Positions 19,139 through 29,146 of a DNA stretch of 64,000 nt are shown one piece after another. The notes under the pieces were generated by a model. It had not been told where the DNA came from. It did no database searches and saw only the letters and a program-made list of their open reading frames with translations. Numbering within the stretch: position 1 is the first letter of the stretch; every line of letters begins with the position of its first letter. The DNA lies in the NCBI GenBank assembly GCA_963841935.1, contig CAWJEP010000005.1, forward strand, positions 69,845 through 133,844. The letters are read 5' to 3'. The DNA is from an uncultured bacterium (GTDB taxonomy: Bacteria > Patescibacteriota > Minisyncoccia > Phycocordibacterales > UBA6065). The position numbers and the translations under genes are program-made.

Positions 19139-20164
19139 ATGTCCAACATAATGGGTGATTCGATTTTCTGGATTGAGACGGAAAAAATAAAACCCAACCC
19201 TTACCAGCCGCGCCGCGAATTCGACGAAAACGCTTTACGCACACTCGCCGAATCGATAAGGATGTACGGCATTCTCCAGCCCTTGGTCGTGACGCGCAAG
19301 GAAGTGCCGAAAGAAGAAGGCGGATTCGCAGTCGAATACGAACTCATTTCCGGCGAGCGGCGTCTGCGCGCGGCCAAACTCGTCGGCGTGCCGACACTCC
19401 CCGCAATCATCCGCACCGACGCCGATGACGCGCGGCTCAAGCTTGAACTGGCGATTATAGAAAATCTTCAGCGCGAGGATTTAAATCCCGTGGATCGAGC
19501 GCGAGGATTCGAAAGGTTGGCGAAAGAATTCGGATTAAAACAAGGCGAGATAGGTTCGCGCATCGGCCGCTCGCGCGAATATGTCGCGAACTCACTTCGC
19601 ATTTTGACATTGCCCGAAGAAATGCTCTCGGCTCTCTCCGAAGGAAAGATTTCCGAAGGCCACACGCGACCGCTCCTCATGCTCGACACCAGAAAAGAAG
19701 AGCAGGAAACTTTGTATAAAGAAATAATTCACAAACGGGTGACGGTGAGGGAAGCCGAGCTCATAGCGAGGCGCATTGCCGTAGACCGAGCGAGGCGCCC
19801 CGAGAAAATTTTCGACCAAGAAATCGCCGAGATGGAAAGCAAGATAAGCGAGGCTTTGGGCACGCGCGTCCACGTGGAGCAGAGAAAAGACGGCGGCAAA
19901 ATTATGATTGATTTTTTCTCCGAAGAAGATTTGCACGCGATTTTGAATATGATGACAAACAAAAGAAATGCCTCCATCGAAGCTGTTCGTGGCGAGGGAG
20001 GAATAGGTTCTGGCGAGAGCGTAGTCTTAGCGAAGCGCACAAACGAGTCAGAACCTGTTCCGACTGAGACGCCATCTGTGTCTCTCGACGATCGTACGCC
20101 CGTCGAGAAAAAAGCTGACGATGAAAGCGACGATTTGTATTCTTTGAAGAATTTTTCCCTCTAA
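19139..20164 (+). CDS. parB: ParB/Spo0J partition protein
   Basis: PNPYQPRREF, GILQPLVV, ISGERRLRA, IENLQREDLNP, HTH. Confidence 0.95.
   Translation: MSNIMGDSIFWIETEKIKPNPYQPRREFDENALRTLAESIRMYGILQPLVVTRKEVPKEEGGFAVEYELISGERRLRAAKLVGVPTLPAIIRTDADDARLKLELAIIENLQREDLNPVDRARGFERLAKEFGLKQGEIGSRIGRSREYVANSLRILTLPEEMLSALSEGKISEGHTRPLLMLDTRKEEQETLYKEIIHKRVTVREAELIARRIAVDRARRPEKIFDQEIAEMESKISEALGTRVHVEQRKDGGKIMIDFFSEEDLHAILNMMTNKRNASIEAVRGEGGIGSGESVVLAKRTNESEPVPTETPSVSLDDRTPVEKKADDESDDLYSLKNFSL
20000..20061 (+). repeat. In-frame palindromic element (copy in parB)
   Basis: Arms ggaataggttctg/cagaacctgttcc around core gcgagagcgtagtcttagcgaagcgcacaaacgagt. Confidence 0.8.
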
Positions 20165-22351
20165 TTATTCTTTTTTCTTTCTCGTGAACCCACGTTTCTT
20201 TTTCGGTTCTTTGAGGATTTCTAATGCGCGCTCGAGGGTAATCGTGTAGACGTCGTCCGTCTTGAGCGAGCGAAAATCGCCGTCCTCGACCACGTACGGG
20301 CCGAATCTGCCTTTGTTCGCGGAAATTTCTTTACCTGTTTCGGGATTCACTCCTAGTTTTCGGGGAAGCGTGAGGAGATGTAAGGCTTCTTCAAGCGTGA
20401 GAGTTGCGACTTTTTCCGGTGGGACGCTAGCGCGTTTCGGATATTTTATTTCTTTTGTTTTTTCGCCGACTTGAACATACGGACCAAATTTTCCGGTTTT
20501 CATCGTGATTTCTTGTCCTGTTTCGGGGAAAATTCCCAAGACTCGATCTTTTGGCATTTCCATTCCGTCTATCGTGAGCATTCCTTTGCAGTCCGGATAT
20601 CTCGAGCAAGAAAGGAATTTGCCGCCTCGGCCGAGTTTCACAATCATCGGCGAACCGCAGACGGGACATTTGAGTTTCGGGTCGGCGTCGCCGAGAGTGG
20701 TGAGCTTGTCCATTTTGTCTTTGGCTTTTACGTCTTTGAGGAAAGGTTTGTAGAAATCGCCGAGAACTTTTTCGTACTTGATTTTGCCTTCGGCGATGAG
20801 GTCGAGCTCGTCTTCCATTTCGGCGGTGAAAGTGTCGCTTATATAATTACCGAAATTATTTTCGAGAAATGTCGAGACAACGTCGCCGGTGTCGGTGGGC
20901 TTTAGCGAGCGGCCTTCTTTCGTCACATACTCGCGGTCTTCTATCGTTTTTATAATGGAAGCGTAAGTCGAAGGCCGGCCGATGCCGCGTTTTTCCAATT
21001 CTTTGACGAGGCCGGCTTCGGTGTATCTTGCCGGCGGCTCTGTTTGTTTTTCCTGTGTTTTGATTTCAATCAGCTTGAGCGGGTCGTTTGAGGAAAGTTT
21101 TGGAAGTTCTACATCTTCGCCGCGAGCTTCTGGGTCGGCCTTAAGCCAGCCGGCAAAAAGAGTTTGCGAGCCGTTTGCGGCGAAGTCCGGAATGGAATTG
21201 CCGAAAATATTCGCCGTGACGCGCGTTCTTAAAATTTTGGCGTCCGCCATTTGCGAAGCGAGGGTGCGAGCCAGTATAAGAGCGTAAAGTTTTTGCTGTT
21301 CGGGATTATGACCGGCTTTCATTTTTGAAACATCCGTCGGGCGAATGGCCTCGTGAGCTTCTTGAGCGTTTTTGCTTTTTGTCTGGTATTTTCTAACGGT
21401 CAAAAATTCCTCGCCGTAAAGTTTCTTTATCGTGTTGGCTGCCGCGCCTAGGGCGAAATCGGAAAGGTTTACCGAATCGGTCCTCATATATGTAATGAGA
21501 CCGGCTTCGTAGAGACGCTGGGCGACGGACATCGTGCGCGACGGCGAGAAGCCGAGACGCGAGCTCGCAGTCTGCTGGAGGGTGGAAGTGGTGAATGGCG
21601 GATAAGGACTGCGCTTGGCTTCAGTTTCTTTCACATCCACGATATGCCAAGGATTTTTCTCTCCGGCCGCGACGATTCTTTTCATTTCTTTTTCCTCTCG
21701 TGGTTCTTCGGAACAAACAAAAAGAAGTTTCGTTTTGTTCCCTGCTTCCGTGTCCGCCGTTATCGTCCAAAACTTCTCCGGCACAAAAGCGCGGATTTCG
21801 CGTTCGTGTTCCATTATTATGCGCAGAGCGGGAGATTGAACGCGGCCGGCGGAGAGTCCATAGCGGACTTTTTTCCAAATGAGACCGGAGAGGTCGTAAC
21901 CGACGAGGCGGTCGAGGACGCGGCGCGCCTCTTGGGCGCGCCGCAAGTTTTCGTCTATGGCTCGAGGATGATTGATGGCTTCTTCGACCGCGCTTTTGGT
22001 AATTTCGTGAAAAACCACGCGTTTTGTTTTGTCGGGGTCGAGGCCGGTGGCAATAGCCACATGCCAAGCGATAGCTTCGCCTTCACGGTCGGGGTCGGTG
22101 GCGAGCAGGACCTCGCTTGATTTCAACGCCCTCCTGGCGATTTCGGCGACGATTTTTTCTTTGCCTTTGGATATTTCGTAATGGGGAATAAAGCCGCCTT
22201 CGATATCGATGGCTTTTTTGTTTGATTTCGGCAAATCGCGCACATGGCCGACGGAAGCCACGACCTCGTAGCCCGCGCCCAAATATTTTTCTATTGTCTT
22301 GGCTTTCGCCGGAGACTCGACGATGACCAAAGTGTTTTTCTCTTTAACCAT
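20165..22351 (-). CDS. topA: DNA topoisomerase I
   Basis: IVESPAKAKTI, ATDPDREGE, SAGRVQS, ITYMRTDS, zinc ribbon and GRFGPYV C-terminal repeats. Confidence 0.97.
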   Translation of the reverse strand: MVKEKNTLVIVESPAKAKTIEKYLGAGYEVVASVGHVRDLPKSNKKAIDIEGGFIPHYEISKGKEKIVAEIARRALKSSEVLLATDPDREGEAIAWHVAIATGLDPDKTKRVVFHEITKSAVEEAINHPRAIDENLRRAQEARRVLDRLVGYDLSGLIWKKVRYGLSAGRVQSPALRIIMEHEREIRAFVPEKFWTITADTEAGNKTKLLFVCSEEPREEKEMKRIVAAGEKNPWHIVDVKETEAKRSPYPPFTTSTLQQTASSRLGFSPSRTMSVAQRLYEAGLITYMRTDSVNLSDFALGAAANTIKKLYGEEFLTVRKYQTKSKNAQEAHEAIRPTDVSKMKAGHNPEQQKLYALILARTLASQMADAKILRTRVTANIFGNSIPDFAANGSQTLFAGWLKADPEARGEDVELPKLSSNDPLKLIEIKTQEKQTEPPARYTEAGLVKELEKRGIGRPSTYASIIKTIEDREYVTKEGRSLKPTDTGDVVSTFLENNFGNYISDTFTAEMEDELDLIAEGKIKYEKVLGDFYKPFLKDVKAKDKMDKLTTLGDADPKLKCPVCGSPMIVKLGRGGKFLSCSRYPDCKGMLTIDGMEMPKDRVLGIFPETGQEITMKTGKFGPYVQVGEKTKEIKYPKRASVPPEKVATLTLEEALHLLTLPRKLGVNPETGKEISANKGRFGPYVVEDGDFRSLKTDDVYTITLERALEILKEPKKKRGFTRKKKE

Positions 22352-22415
22352 TCGCGCAAGTATTACACGAGAGGCAAAAAAAACGCAACGGTGGATAAAT
22401 AAAAAGTGCCGTCAA

Positions 22416-22781
22416 CTAATGTGACGGCACGAGGCGGTTTTCCGCCGAGGATTTCGGATATCTGTAGTAGACTCTTTTCTTTACCGCCACGAGGACAGCG
22501 TCTCCCGCGAAGTCGACGGATTTGTTTATGAGACTGAATCCTTCGGGAATCATCAGAAGTTTGACCTCATCGTCTTCGGCGTTTATGAAGCCTCGCTGGT
22601 GAAGCTCGGCGTGAAAGTCCGAGGATCGGGCATTCGTGTCGAACTTTCGGCAGACGAGGAAGATGGGAAAGGTTTCGTTGTCTATCGTGATGACCATCTT
22701 TTCCCTAACCTCGATGATTTCCGACTTGCGAAACGGTCCAAAAGCGTTCAAAAAGAAGAGTCTTGGGGATATGTTGTTCAT
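22416..22781 (-). CDS. Hypothetical protein
   Basis: 121 aa ORF filling the dprA-topA gap on the same strand. Confidence 0.5.
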   Translation of the reverse strand: MNNISPRLFFLNAFGPFRKSEIIEVREKMVITIDNETFPIFLVCRKFDTNARSSDFHAELHQRGFINAEDDEVKLLMIPEGFSLINKSVDFAGDAVLVAVKKRVYYRYPKSSAENRLVPSH

Positions 22782-22827
22782 GTGAGGGGGGTGCTTTCTG
22801 GTCGAGACTTTACTTTAAATTTTAGGG

Positions 22828-23685
22828 TTACGCAAGCCTCATCTCTCCGCCAGCTTCGGTGATGATGCCTTTGATTTCCATAACGCCGATGAGAGCCTGG
22901 GCTTGGGATACCGGCATATCTAAAGAGTCCACTAGTTCGTCGCGAGGCAGAGGTGTTTCGAGAAGCTCCACGACTTTTTTCTCCTGTGGAGACAGGTCTT
23001 TTATGTTTATGATTTTCTTTTTCTTCCCTTCAATTTTAAATCCAAGCGCGGCACGCAATTCTTCCGGAGTCGTTATCGGAGTCGCTCCGAGACGGATAAG
23101 CATATGAGGACCTTCGGATAGCGTTGAGAAAATCGAACCGGGCACGGCCAGAATGTCGCGATTGTACTCTGTGGCGAATTTTGAAGTGATGAGCGTGCCG
23201 GATTTCATTTGAGCTTCGATGACGAGAGTGGCGTGAGAAATCCCCGCCATAATTCTGTTTCTTTGCGGAAAACTAAAATCGGTGGCTTTGAAATCAGACT
23301 CAAATTCGGAAATGAGGCATCCGCCGGCTTGGAGAATTTTCTTTGCCAACTCGCGATTGGCGGCGGGGTAGAGGACTTTGTCCGAAAGGCCCGAGCCGGG
23401 GACGGCAACCGTCAAAATATTATTTTCCAGCGCCGCTTCGTGGGCCAAAGCGTCCGTTCCGAGCGCGAGTCCCGAAACAATGACGACGGGAAGTCCACGA
23501 AGTCCGGCGATTAGTGTTTTGACCGCGTCTTTGCCGTAACTTGAAGGTTTTCTCGTGCCGACGACGGTAAGATATTTTTCGGCAAGCGGAAATTCGCCTT
23601 TGATGTAAAGTTTTTCGGGTGGGTCTGTGATTTCGGACAGGAGAGGAGGAAAACTTTCCGCCGAAAGTTTGTGTATGGAGTCCAC
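22828..23685 (-). CDS. dprA: DNA processing protein DprA
   Basis: VVGTR, VSGLALGTD..AH, FPQRNRIMAG, AVPGSI. Confidence 0.95.
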   Translation of the reverse strand: MDSIHKLSAESFPPLLSEITDPPEKLYIKGEFPLAEKYLTVVGTRKPSSYGKDAVKTLIAGLRGLPVVIVSGLALGTDALAHEAALENNILTVAVPGSGLSDKVLYPAANRELAKKILQAGGCLISEFESDFKATDFSFPQRNRIMAGISHATLVIEAQMKSGTLITSKFATEYNRDILAVPGSIFSTLSEGPHMLIRLGATPITTPEELRAALGFKIEGKKKKIINIKDLSPQEKKVVELLETPLPRDELVDSLDMPVSQAQALIGVMEIKGIITEAGGEMRLA

Positions 23686-23711
23686 TTGGAAAATATTGTA
23701 TCATACGGAGA

Positions 23712-24974
23712 ATGTTAGACATCAAATTTATCAGGGAAAACAAAGACTTGGTCGCCCTAGGCGCGAAGAAAAAGCGTATGAATTTCGATGTGGCGGCGCT
23801 TATCGCCGTGGACGATAAGCGCCGCGCTTTGATGGGAAGCATAGAGAAGCATCGCGCCGAACAAAACGAAGCCAGTATGAGAATCGCGAAGGCGCCGACC
23901 GCCGAGCGTTCGGCTATAGTCGAGTCGATGAAATTCGTCAAAGAATCTCTCGTCAAAGACGAAGAAGCGCTCAAAGAAGTGATGAAAGAATGGCAAGCGC
24001 TTATGCTTTCCGTGCCGAACATTCCGGATGTTTCCGTACCTGACGGCAAAGACGAAAGCGAGAACAAAGAATTGAAAACTTGGGGCGCGAAACCCGTTTT
24101 TGATTTTGAACCGAAAAACCACATAGAACTTATGACGGCGCTCGACATGGCCGATTTCGACAGAGGGGTGAAAGTCCACGGCTTCCGAGGGTATTTTTTG
24201 AAGAACGACGGCGCGCTTCTGTCGTGGGCAATCTGGAATTACGCCCGCGAGTTTTTTCTCGAAAAGAAATTCAATCCATTCATCGCTCCGGCCATCGTCA
24301 ATAAAGAATATTTCTACGGCACGGGACATCTGCCGGGAAGCGCCGAAGATATTTTCCAAACTCAAGACGGACAATATCTCGCCGGCACGGCAGAAGTGCC
24401 GATGATGGCTTATCATGCCGAAGAGACTTTCACCAAAGAAGAATTGCCGAAGCGGTATTTGGCGTTCTCTCCCTGTTTCAGAAGGGAAATAGGAAGCTAC
24501 AGCAAAGATGTAAAAGGTCTCATTCGCGTTCACGAATTTTATAAGTGGGAGCAATTGATTTTATGCGAAGCTAGCCATGACGAATCGGTGAAATTTCACG
24601 AAGAATTAAATAGGAACACCGAGGAGTTCATAGAATCCCTCGGCATTCCTTATCGCCAGGTCGCTATTTGCGGCGGAGATTTGAAAGCCGCCCATGTTAA
24701 ATCTTACGACACGGAGCTTTGGGTGCCGAAAGAAGGCAAGTACCGCGAAATCGCCAGCGCTTCTTATTATCACGATTTTCAGACCCGCAGATTTAATATT
24801 CGATACAAAGACGTCGACGGAAAAACCAAATACGCCCACTCGCTAAACGCCACCGCGATTCCCACGCCGCGCATTCTTGTGTCCCTCGTCGAAAACTTCC
24901 AACAAGCCGACGGCTCGATAAAAATTCCAAAAGTTCTCGTCCCGTATATGGGCAAATCAGTTATCGGTTCTTAA
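23712..24974 (+). CDS. serS: Serine--tRNA ligase
   Basis: MLDIKFIREN, GTAEVP, CFRREIG, GLIRVHEF, HSLNAT. Confidence 0.97.
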   Translation: MLDIKFIRENKDLVALGAKKKRMNFDVAALIAVDDKRRALMGSIEKHRAEQNEASMRIAKAPTAERSAIVESMKFVKESLVKDEEALKEVMKEWQALMLSVPNIPDVSVPDGKDESENKELKTWGAKPVFDFEPKNHIELMTALDMADFDRGVKVHGFRGYFLKNDGALLSWAIWNYAREFFLEKKFNPFIAPAIVNKEYFYGTGHLPGSAEDIFQTQDGQYLAGTAEVPMMAYHAEETFTKEELPKRYLAFSPCFRREIGSYSKDVKGLIRVHEFYKWEQLILCEASHDESVKFHEELNRNTEEFIESLGIPYRQVAICGGDLKAAHVKSYDTELWVPKEGKYREIASASYYHDFQTRRFNIRYKDVDGKTKYAHSLNATAIPTPRILVSLVENFQQADGSIKIPKVLVPYMGKSVIGS

Positions 24975-24977
24975 TAT

Positions 24978-25769
24978 ATGGGGAAAGGAGCTCCAATAAC
25001 GCAGGAAAAAATAATGGCGCGCAAAAAAAAGCGCAGATTTTGGCTTTCCGTTTGCGCGCTCTCTTGTCTGACGCTCATAGTCTGCGGACTCTCGCTTATT
25101 TCTTCGCTCGATTTTTTTCAGGTCAAAGACATTGAAATATCCGGCGGCGCGAAGGAAGTACCGCTGGCCGAAACAATAGTGGAAAATAATCTCATTGGAG
25201 AATCCGCGTGGTTTTTTCCTCACTCGGATATTTTTCTTGCCTCCGCGAAAAAAATAGCGGGGAATATTAGCGCCGTTTTTCCGGCCGCGTCGTCCGTTTC
25301 CGTGACAAAAAAATATTTCTCGACGATTTTCGTCACCATAACGGACAAAACACCAGCGGCGCTCTGGTGCCTCGGCTCGTCCTGCGATGACATAGACCAA
25401 GACGGCTACGCTTTCGAGAAAGCCGATTCGGCGGCGACTTCGCTTATCGTCTTTCAAAACGGCGAGACGCCGATGGTCGGCGTCTCGCCCATACCAGCGG
25501 ACGAATTTATACCGCTTCTTATATTCATAAACGATTTGCCGCAGAGAGGCATTTACGCATCTTCAGTCACGCTAAATTCGGACAATACCGATGATATAGC
25601 CATCGGCACTTCAACAGATATTATCGTCGACCCGACGAAAGATTTATCGCAGTCGCTTTCCAATCTCGACCGAGTTTTGGGGAACAGCAATTCCGGCATA
25701 ACCGCGGCGAACATAACGTCTCTTCAATACTTGGATTTGCGTTTTCCGGACAAAATATTCTATAAGTAG
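24978..25769 (+). CDS. FtsQ/DivIB-like protein
   Basis: Basic N-terminus, one TM, POTRA-like FQVKDIEISG, C-terminal YLDLRFPDKIFYK. Confidence 0.7.
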   Translation: MGKGAPITQEKIMARKKKRRFWLSVCALSCLTLIVCGLSLISSLDFFQVKDIEISGGAKEVPLAETIVENNLIGESAWFFPHSDIFLASAKKIAGNISAVFPAASSVSVTKKYFSTIFVTITDKTPAALWCLGSSCDDIDQDGYAFEKADSAATSLIVFQNGETPMVGVSPIPADEFIPLLIFINDLPQRGIYASSVTLNSDNTDDIAIGTSTDIIVDPTKDLSQSLSNLDRVLGNSNSGITAANITSLQYLDLRFPDKIFYK

Positions 25770-26747
25770 ATGATGAAAGAAAATTTCTGGAAAAAAGTTT
25801 CGAAAAAGAGACCGTTTTTCGTTCTCGCTCCGATGGCTGACGTGACCGACGCGGCTTTCCGCAGGATTATCGCCAAATACGGCAAGCCCGCGGTCATGTG
25901 GACGGAATTCGTCAGCGCCGACGGGCTTTGTAACGACGAAGGTAGAAAACATTTACTCGTCGATCTCGCGTACACGGAAAAAGAAAGACCGATTGTTGCT
26001 CAGCTTTTCACTTCGAGTCCCGAGAAAATGCGCGAAGCTGCCCGTCTCGTCGCCGAGCTCGGTTTCGACGGACTCGATATCAATATGGGTTGTCCGGACA
26101 AGACGATTGAAAAACAAGGCGCTGGCGCCGCTCTCATAAAGACTCCAAAAATCGCTCGTGAAGTGATACGCGCGGCAAAAGAGGGAATAGCTCTCGCCGG
26201 AAAAGACATTCCGGTTTCGGTCAAGACTCGACTAGGCTGGAGCAAGCCGGAAATTGAGACATGGATTCCGGAACTTCTTTCTGAAGACATCGCGGCGCTC
26301 ACTATTCACGCTCGAACGCGAAAAGAAATGTCCTTGGTGCCGGCGCGATGGGAATTCGTCAAACGCGCCGTTGAGCTCAGAAACGAAATGAAATTGGAAA
26401 CGCTCATCATAGGGAACGGCGACGTGAAAGATTTGAAAGAGGCGAAGGCGCGCGCGAAAGAAACCGGAGCCGACGGTGTGATGATAGGCCGAGGCATATT
26501 CGGCAATCCGTGGCTTTTCGCCGGCAAGACGCCGAACATCAAAGAAAAATTGAAAGTTATGGTCGAGCACACGAAACTTTTCGAAAAACTTCTCGGCAAA
26601 AAGAAAAATTTCGCCGTTATGAAAAAACATTTCAAGGCTTACGTAAACGGCTTTGACGGCGCCAAAGAACTGCGCGTGGAGCTTATGGAATGCGAAAATG
26701 CCGCCGATGTCGGGAAAACAATAAAACGATTTTTAAAAACCATTTGA
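25770..26747 (+). CDS. tRNA-dihydrouridine synthase
   Basis: LAPMADVTD, DINMGCP, VKTRLG, HARTR, GNGD, MIGRG. Confidence 0.93.
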   Translation: MMKENFWKKVSKKRPFFVLAPMADVTDAAFRRIIAKYGKPAVMWTEFVSADGLCNDEGRKHLLVDLAYTEKERPIVAQLFTSSPEKMREAARLVAELGFDGLDINMGCPDKTIEKQGAGAALIKTPKIAREVIRAAKEGIALAGKDIPVSVKTRLGWSKPEIETWIPELLSEDIAALTIHARTRKEMSLVPARWEFVKRAVELRNEMKLETLIIGNGDVKDLKEAKARAKETGADGVMIGRGIFGNPWLFAGKTPNIKEKLKVMVEHTKLFEKLLGKKKNFAVMKKHFKAYVNGFDGAKELRVELMECENAADVGKTIKRFLKTI

Positions 26748-26992
26748 CAATAAAATTATGTTATGGTAGCTTGTCACGGCGAGTTCCTTAACCCTCAAAA
26801 TCGGATTCGTCCGGAGAAAGCGATAAAAGTCGAACACCCGTGAAAAACCCATAGCGCCTGCCAAGGCACATACGGATAAGTATCGGGCTCGAACAATACT
26901 TCAAAACAAGTTGGCCGCTTCAAAGGCTATCGCGTACTCAAATCCGGAAAAGAGGAGTTTACGCGGTGTTTAATGTAAGATTTTTGTGAAAA

Positions 26993-27020
26993 GGGCCCGC
27001 TGCGGAAACGCAGCGGGCCC
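26993..27020 (+). terminator. Intrinsic terminator hairpin
   Basis: 12-bp stem gggcccgctgcg-GAAA-cgcagcgggccc then aatcttttt. Confidence 0.7.
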
Positions 27021-27063
27021 AATCTTTTTATATTTCCAAGGAATAATCTGTTATACTTTTGTT

Positions 27064-28107
27064 ATGAACCACATCGCGCTCTACCGAAAATACCGCCCGG
27101 CAAATTTCAAAGAAGTCATCGGTCAAGACGCAATCGTTTCTACGCTTTCAGGTGAACTCAAATCGGGGAAAATTTCCCACGCTTATCTTTTTGCTGGTTC
27201 TCGTGGCACGGGTAAAACTTCTATCGCTCGCATTTTTGCCCGTGAGCTTGGCACGACGGATAAAGACACTTACGAAATAGACGCCGCGAGCAACCGCGGT
27301 ATAGACGACATTCGCGCTTTGCGTGACGCGGTGCTGACACTGCCTTTCGATTCGAAATACAAAGTTTATATCGTCGACGAAGTTCATATGCTGACTAAAG
27401 AAGCTTTCAACGCGCTTCTAAAAACTTTGGAAGAACCGCCGTCGCATGTGGTATTTATTCTCGCCACGACGGAAATACAGAAACTGCCGGAGACCATAGT
27501 TTCTCGATGTCAGGTCTTTGAATTCAAGCGGCCGTCGGTGGAAATTATCCGCTCCGTCGTCGCGACGGCCGCGAAATCCGAAGGCGTGGCGCTTGAAGGA
27601 AACTCTGCGGAACTCATCGCCGTCGCGGGCGACGGCTCTTTCCGAGACGCTTACGGCATTTTAGAGCGCGTCATCGCTTCATCCTCAGCGAAAAAAATCA
27701 CGGCGGAAATGATAGAGGAGACGACCGGCGCGCCGAAGCAGACACTCGTAAATTCCCTAATCTCCGCCATTGCCGATAAAAAATATTCCGATGCCATCAC
27801 GGCGCTTCGGCGCGGCGTGGAATCGGGAAATGATATGGCGCTTCTTTCAAAACTTCTCATAATTAAACTCCGCGCCATACTGATGCTCTCGATAGACCCG
27901 AAGTCAGATTTCACGAAAACATTTTCTGAAGAAGACATCGCTTTCGCCAAAAAAATAGCCGCGACTAAAAGCGTCACGGCGGAAACTTTGCTAGCTTTTC
28001 TTTCCGCTCACGATTCGATAGCTCGCGCGCCGCTCCCCGAACTTCCGATAGAACTGGCGATTCTTTCTCTCGCCGAAAAGGGAACAGACCAACGTCTCTT
28101 TTCGTAA
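27064..28107 (+). CDS. dnaX: DNA polymerase III gamma/tau
   Basis: ALYRKYRP, GSRGTGKTS, EIDAASNRG, DEVHML, LLKTLEEPP, SRCQ. Confidence 0.95.
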   Translation: MNHIALYRKYRPANFKEVIGQDAIVSTLSGELKSGKISHAYLFAGSRGTGKTSIARIFARELGTTDKDTYEIDAASNRGIDDIRALRDAVLTLPFDSKYKVYIVDEVHMLTKEAFNALLKTLEEPPSHVVFILATTEIQKLPETIVSRCQVFEFKRPSVEIIRSVVATAAKSEGVALEGNSAELIAVAGDGSFRDAYGILERVIASSSAKKITAEMIEETTGAPKQTLVNSLISAIADKKYSDAITALRRGVESGNDMALLSKLLIIKLRAILMLSIDPKSDFTKTFSEEDIAFAKKIAATKSVTAETLLAFLSAHDSIARAPLPELPIELAILSLAEKGTDQRLFS

Positions 28108-28141
28108 CGCGCGAATTGCGCTAATCTTGATTTGCAGCCAT

Positions 28142-28212
28142 TGCGGGATCGTCTAAAGGTAGGACACGGGCCTTTGAAGCCTGGTATCTTGGTTCGATTC
28201 CAAGTCCCGCAG
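28142..28212 (+). tRNA. tRNA-Gln(TTG)
   Basis: TGCGGGA stem, loop CTTTGAA, GGTTCGATTCC. Confidence 0.93.
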
Positions 28213-28284
28213 TAATTGACGGATTTTTAAAAGTCAGTATTGTAAGTTCAAACAGCACTTTCAATTTCAACCACAAGGAGATTT

Positions 28285-28821
28285 ATGATCAAGCTTAGAA
28301 AAGGGAATACCCGATGGGCTTTTGTGTTCTTTCGTCTCATAGTGGTCAAGGTTCCGAGTCCGCGCTTTGATTGGATTAAATGTGATTACGACAGAGGTAT
28401 TTGGACGTGCCTTTTACGGTTACCGAAGAATATCTACACAGCACTCCTCAACGGTATAGTGGCAAATGTCACAGAAGCGGGTGTGTATCTCTATACCAAA
28501 CATATATCTTTTCTTTCACCTGCGTACACAATTGCTATTGCGAATTTTCAGCGATACGAAGGCGAATTAGAGCCGACGCAGCAAGAGGTCATAGACTTTT
28601 TTGCTCGTTATGAGATAGCTTTGTATAATCCGGCTTATCGTCATAGCGCACATGCCTCTGGTTACTATAATTGGCGTAAAACAGATCGAGGGCTTGTGCT
28701 TATAGATTACGCCGTCGACCCAATGCGGGATAATTGGATAAGGATGATCCGAAGATTGGATGTTTGTATAGAAGGAGAAAAGAAGGGCATGAAACCATCT
28801 GACCTCTTCGCACCGCTTTAA
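28285..28821 (+). CDS. Hypothetical protein, possible minimal protein-kinase-like fold
   Basis: AAGGAG RBS; G.TR...VVKVP and NW...LVLIDY motifs; AT-richer than flanks. Confidence 0.55.
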   Translation: MIKLRKGNTRWAFVFFRLIVVKVPSPRFDWIKCDYDRGIWTCLLRLPKNIYTALLNGIVANVTEAGVYLYTKHISFLSPAYTIAIANFQRYEGELEPTQQEVIDFFARYEIALYNPAYRHSAHASGYYNWRKTDRGLVLIDYAVDPMRDNWIRMIRRLDVCIEGEKKGMKPSDLFAPL

Positions 28822-28920
28822 GCGGTGCTTTTTGTTAAAAAAGGTTCCCTCGGCCATGGCCTATGGGCGAAGCTAACTTCGTACCAGACCGTCAGTTTTT
28901 AGATTTGCTATTATAGTCAT

Positions 28921-29094
28921 ATGAAATCATTGAAACCCGTCGCTATTGTCGGAAACACGCTTTATATCCTCTGGATTGTTTACAACGGAGTCGACGAGGG
29001 ATTCAGAGCCGTCGGCAGTGTTCAGGCAATCGCCCTCATCGGACTCGTGCTTCTCTTGGCCCTAAACCTTTTTCTGTTGAGAAAGAGAAAGTAG
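28921..29094 (+). CDS. Small two-TM protein (absent from ORF track)
   Basis: MKSLKPVAIVGNTLYILWIVYNGVDEGFRAVGSVQAIALIGLVLLLALNLFLLRKRK; TATTAT 6 nt upstream. Confidence 0.6.
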   Translation: MKSLKPVAIVGNTLYILWIVYNGVDEGFRAVGSVQAIALIGLVLLLALNLFLLRKRK

Positions 29095-29146
29095 TTCCGA
29101 CATCGTACCAGACCCTAGCCAAATGATGTAGAATGAAAATCTTATT

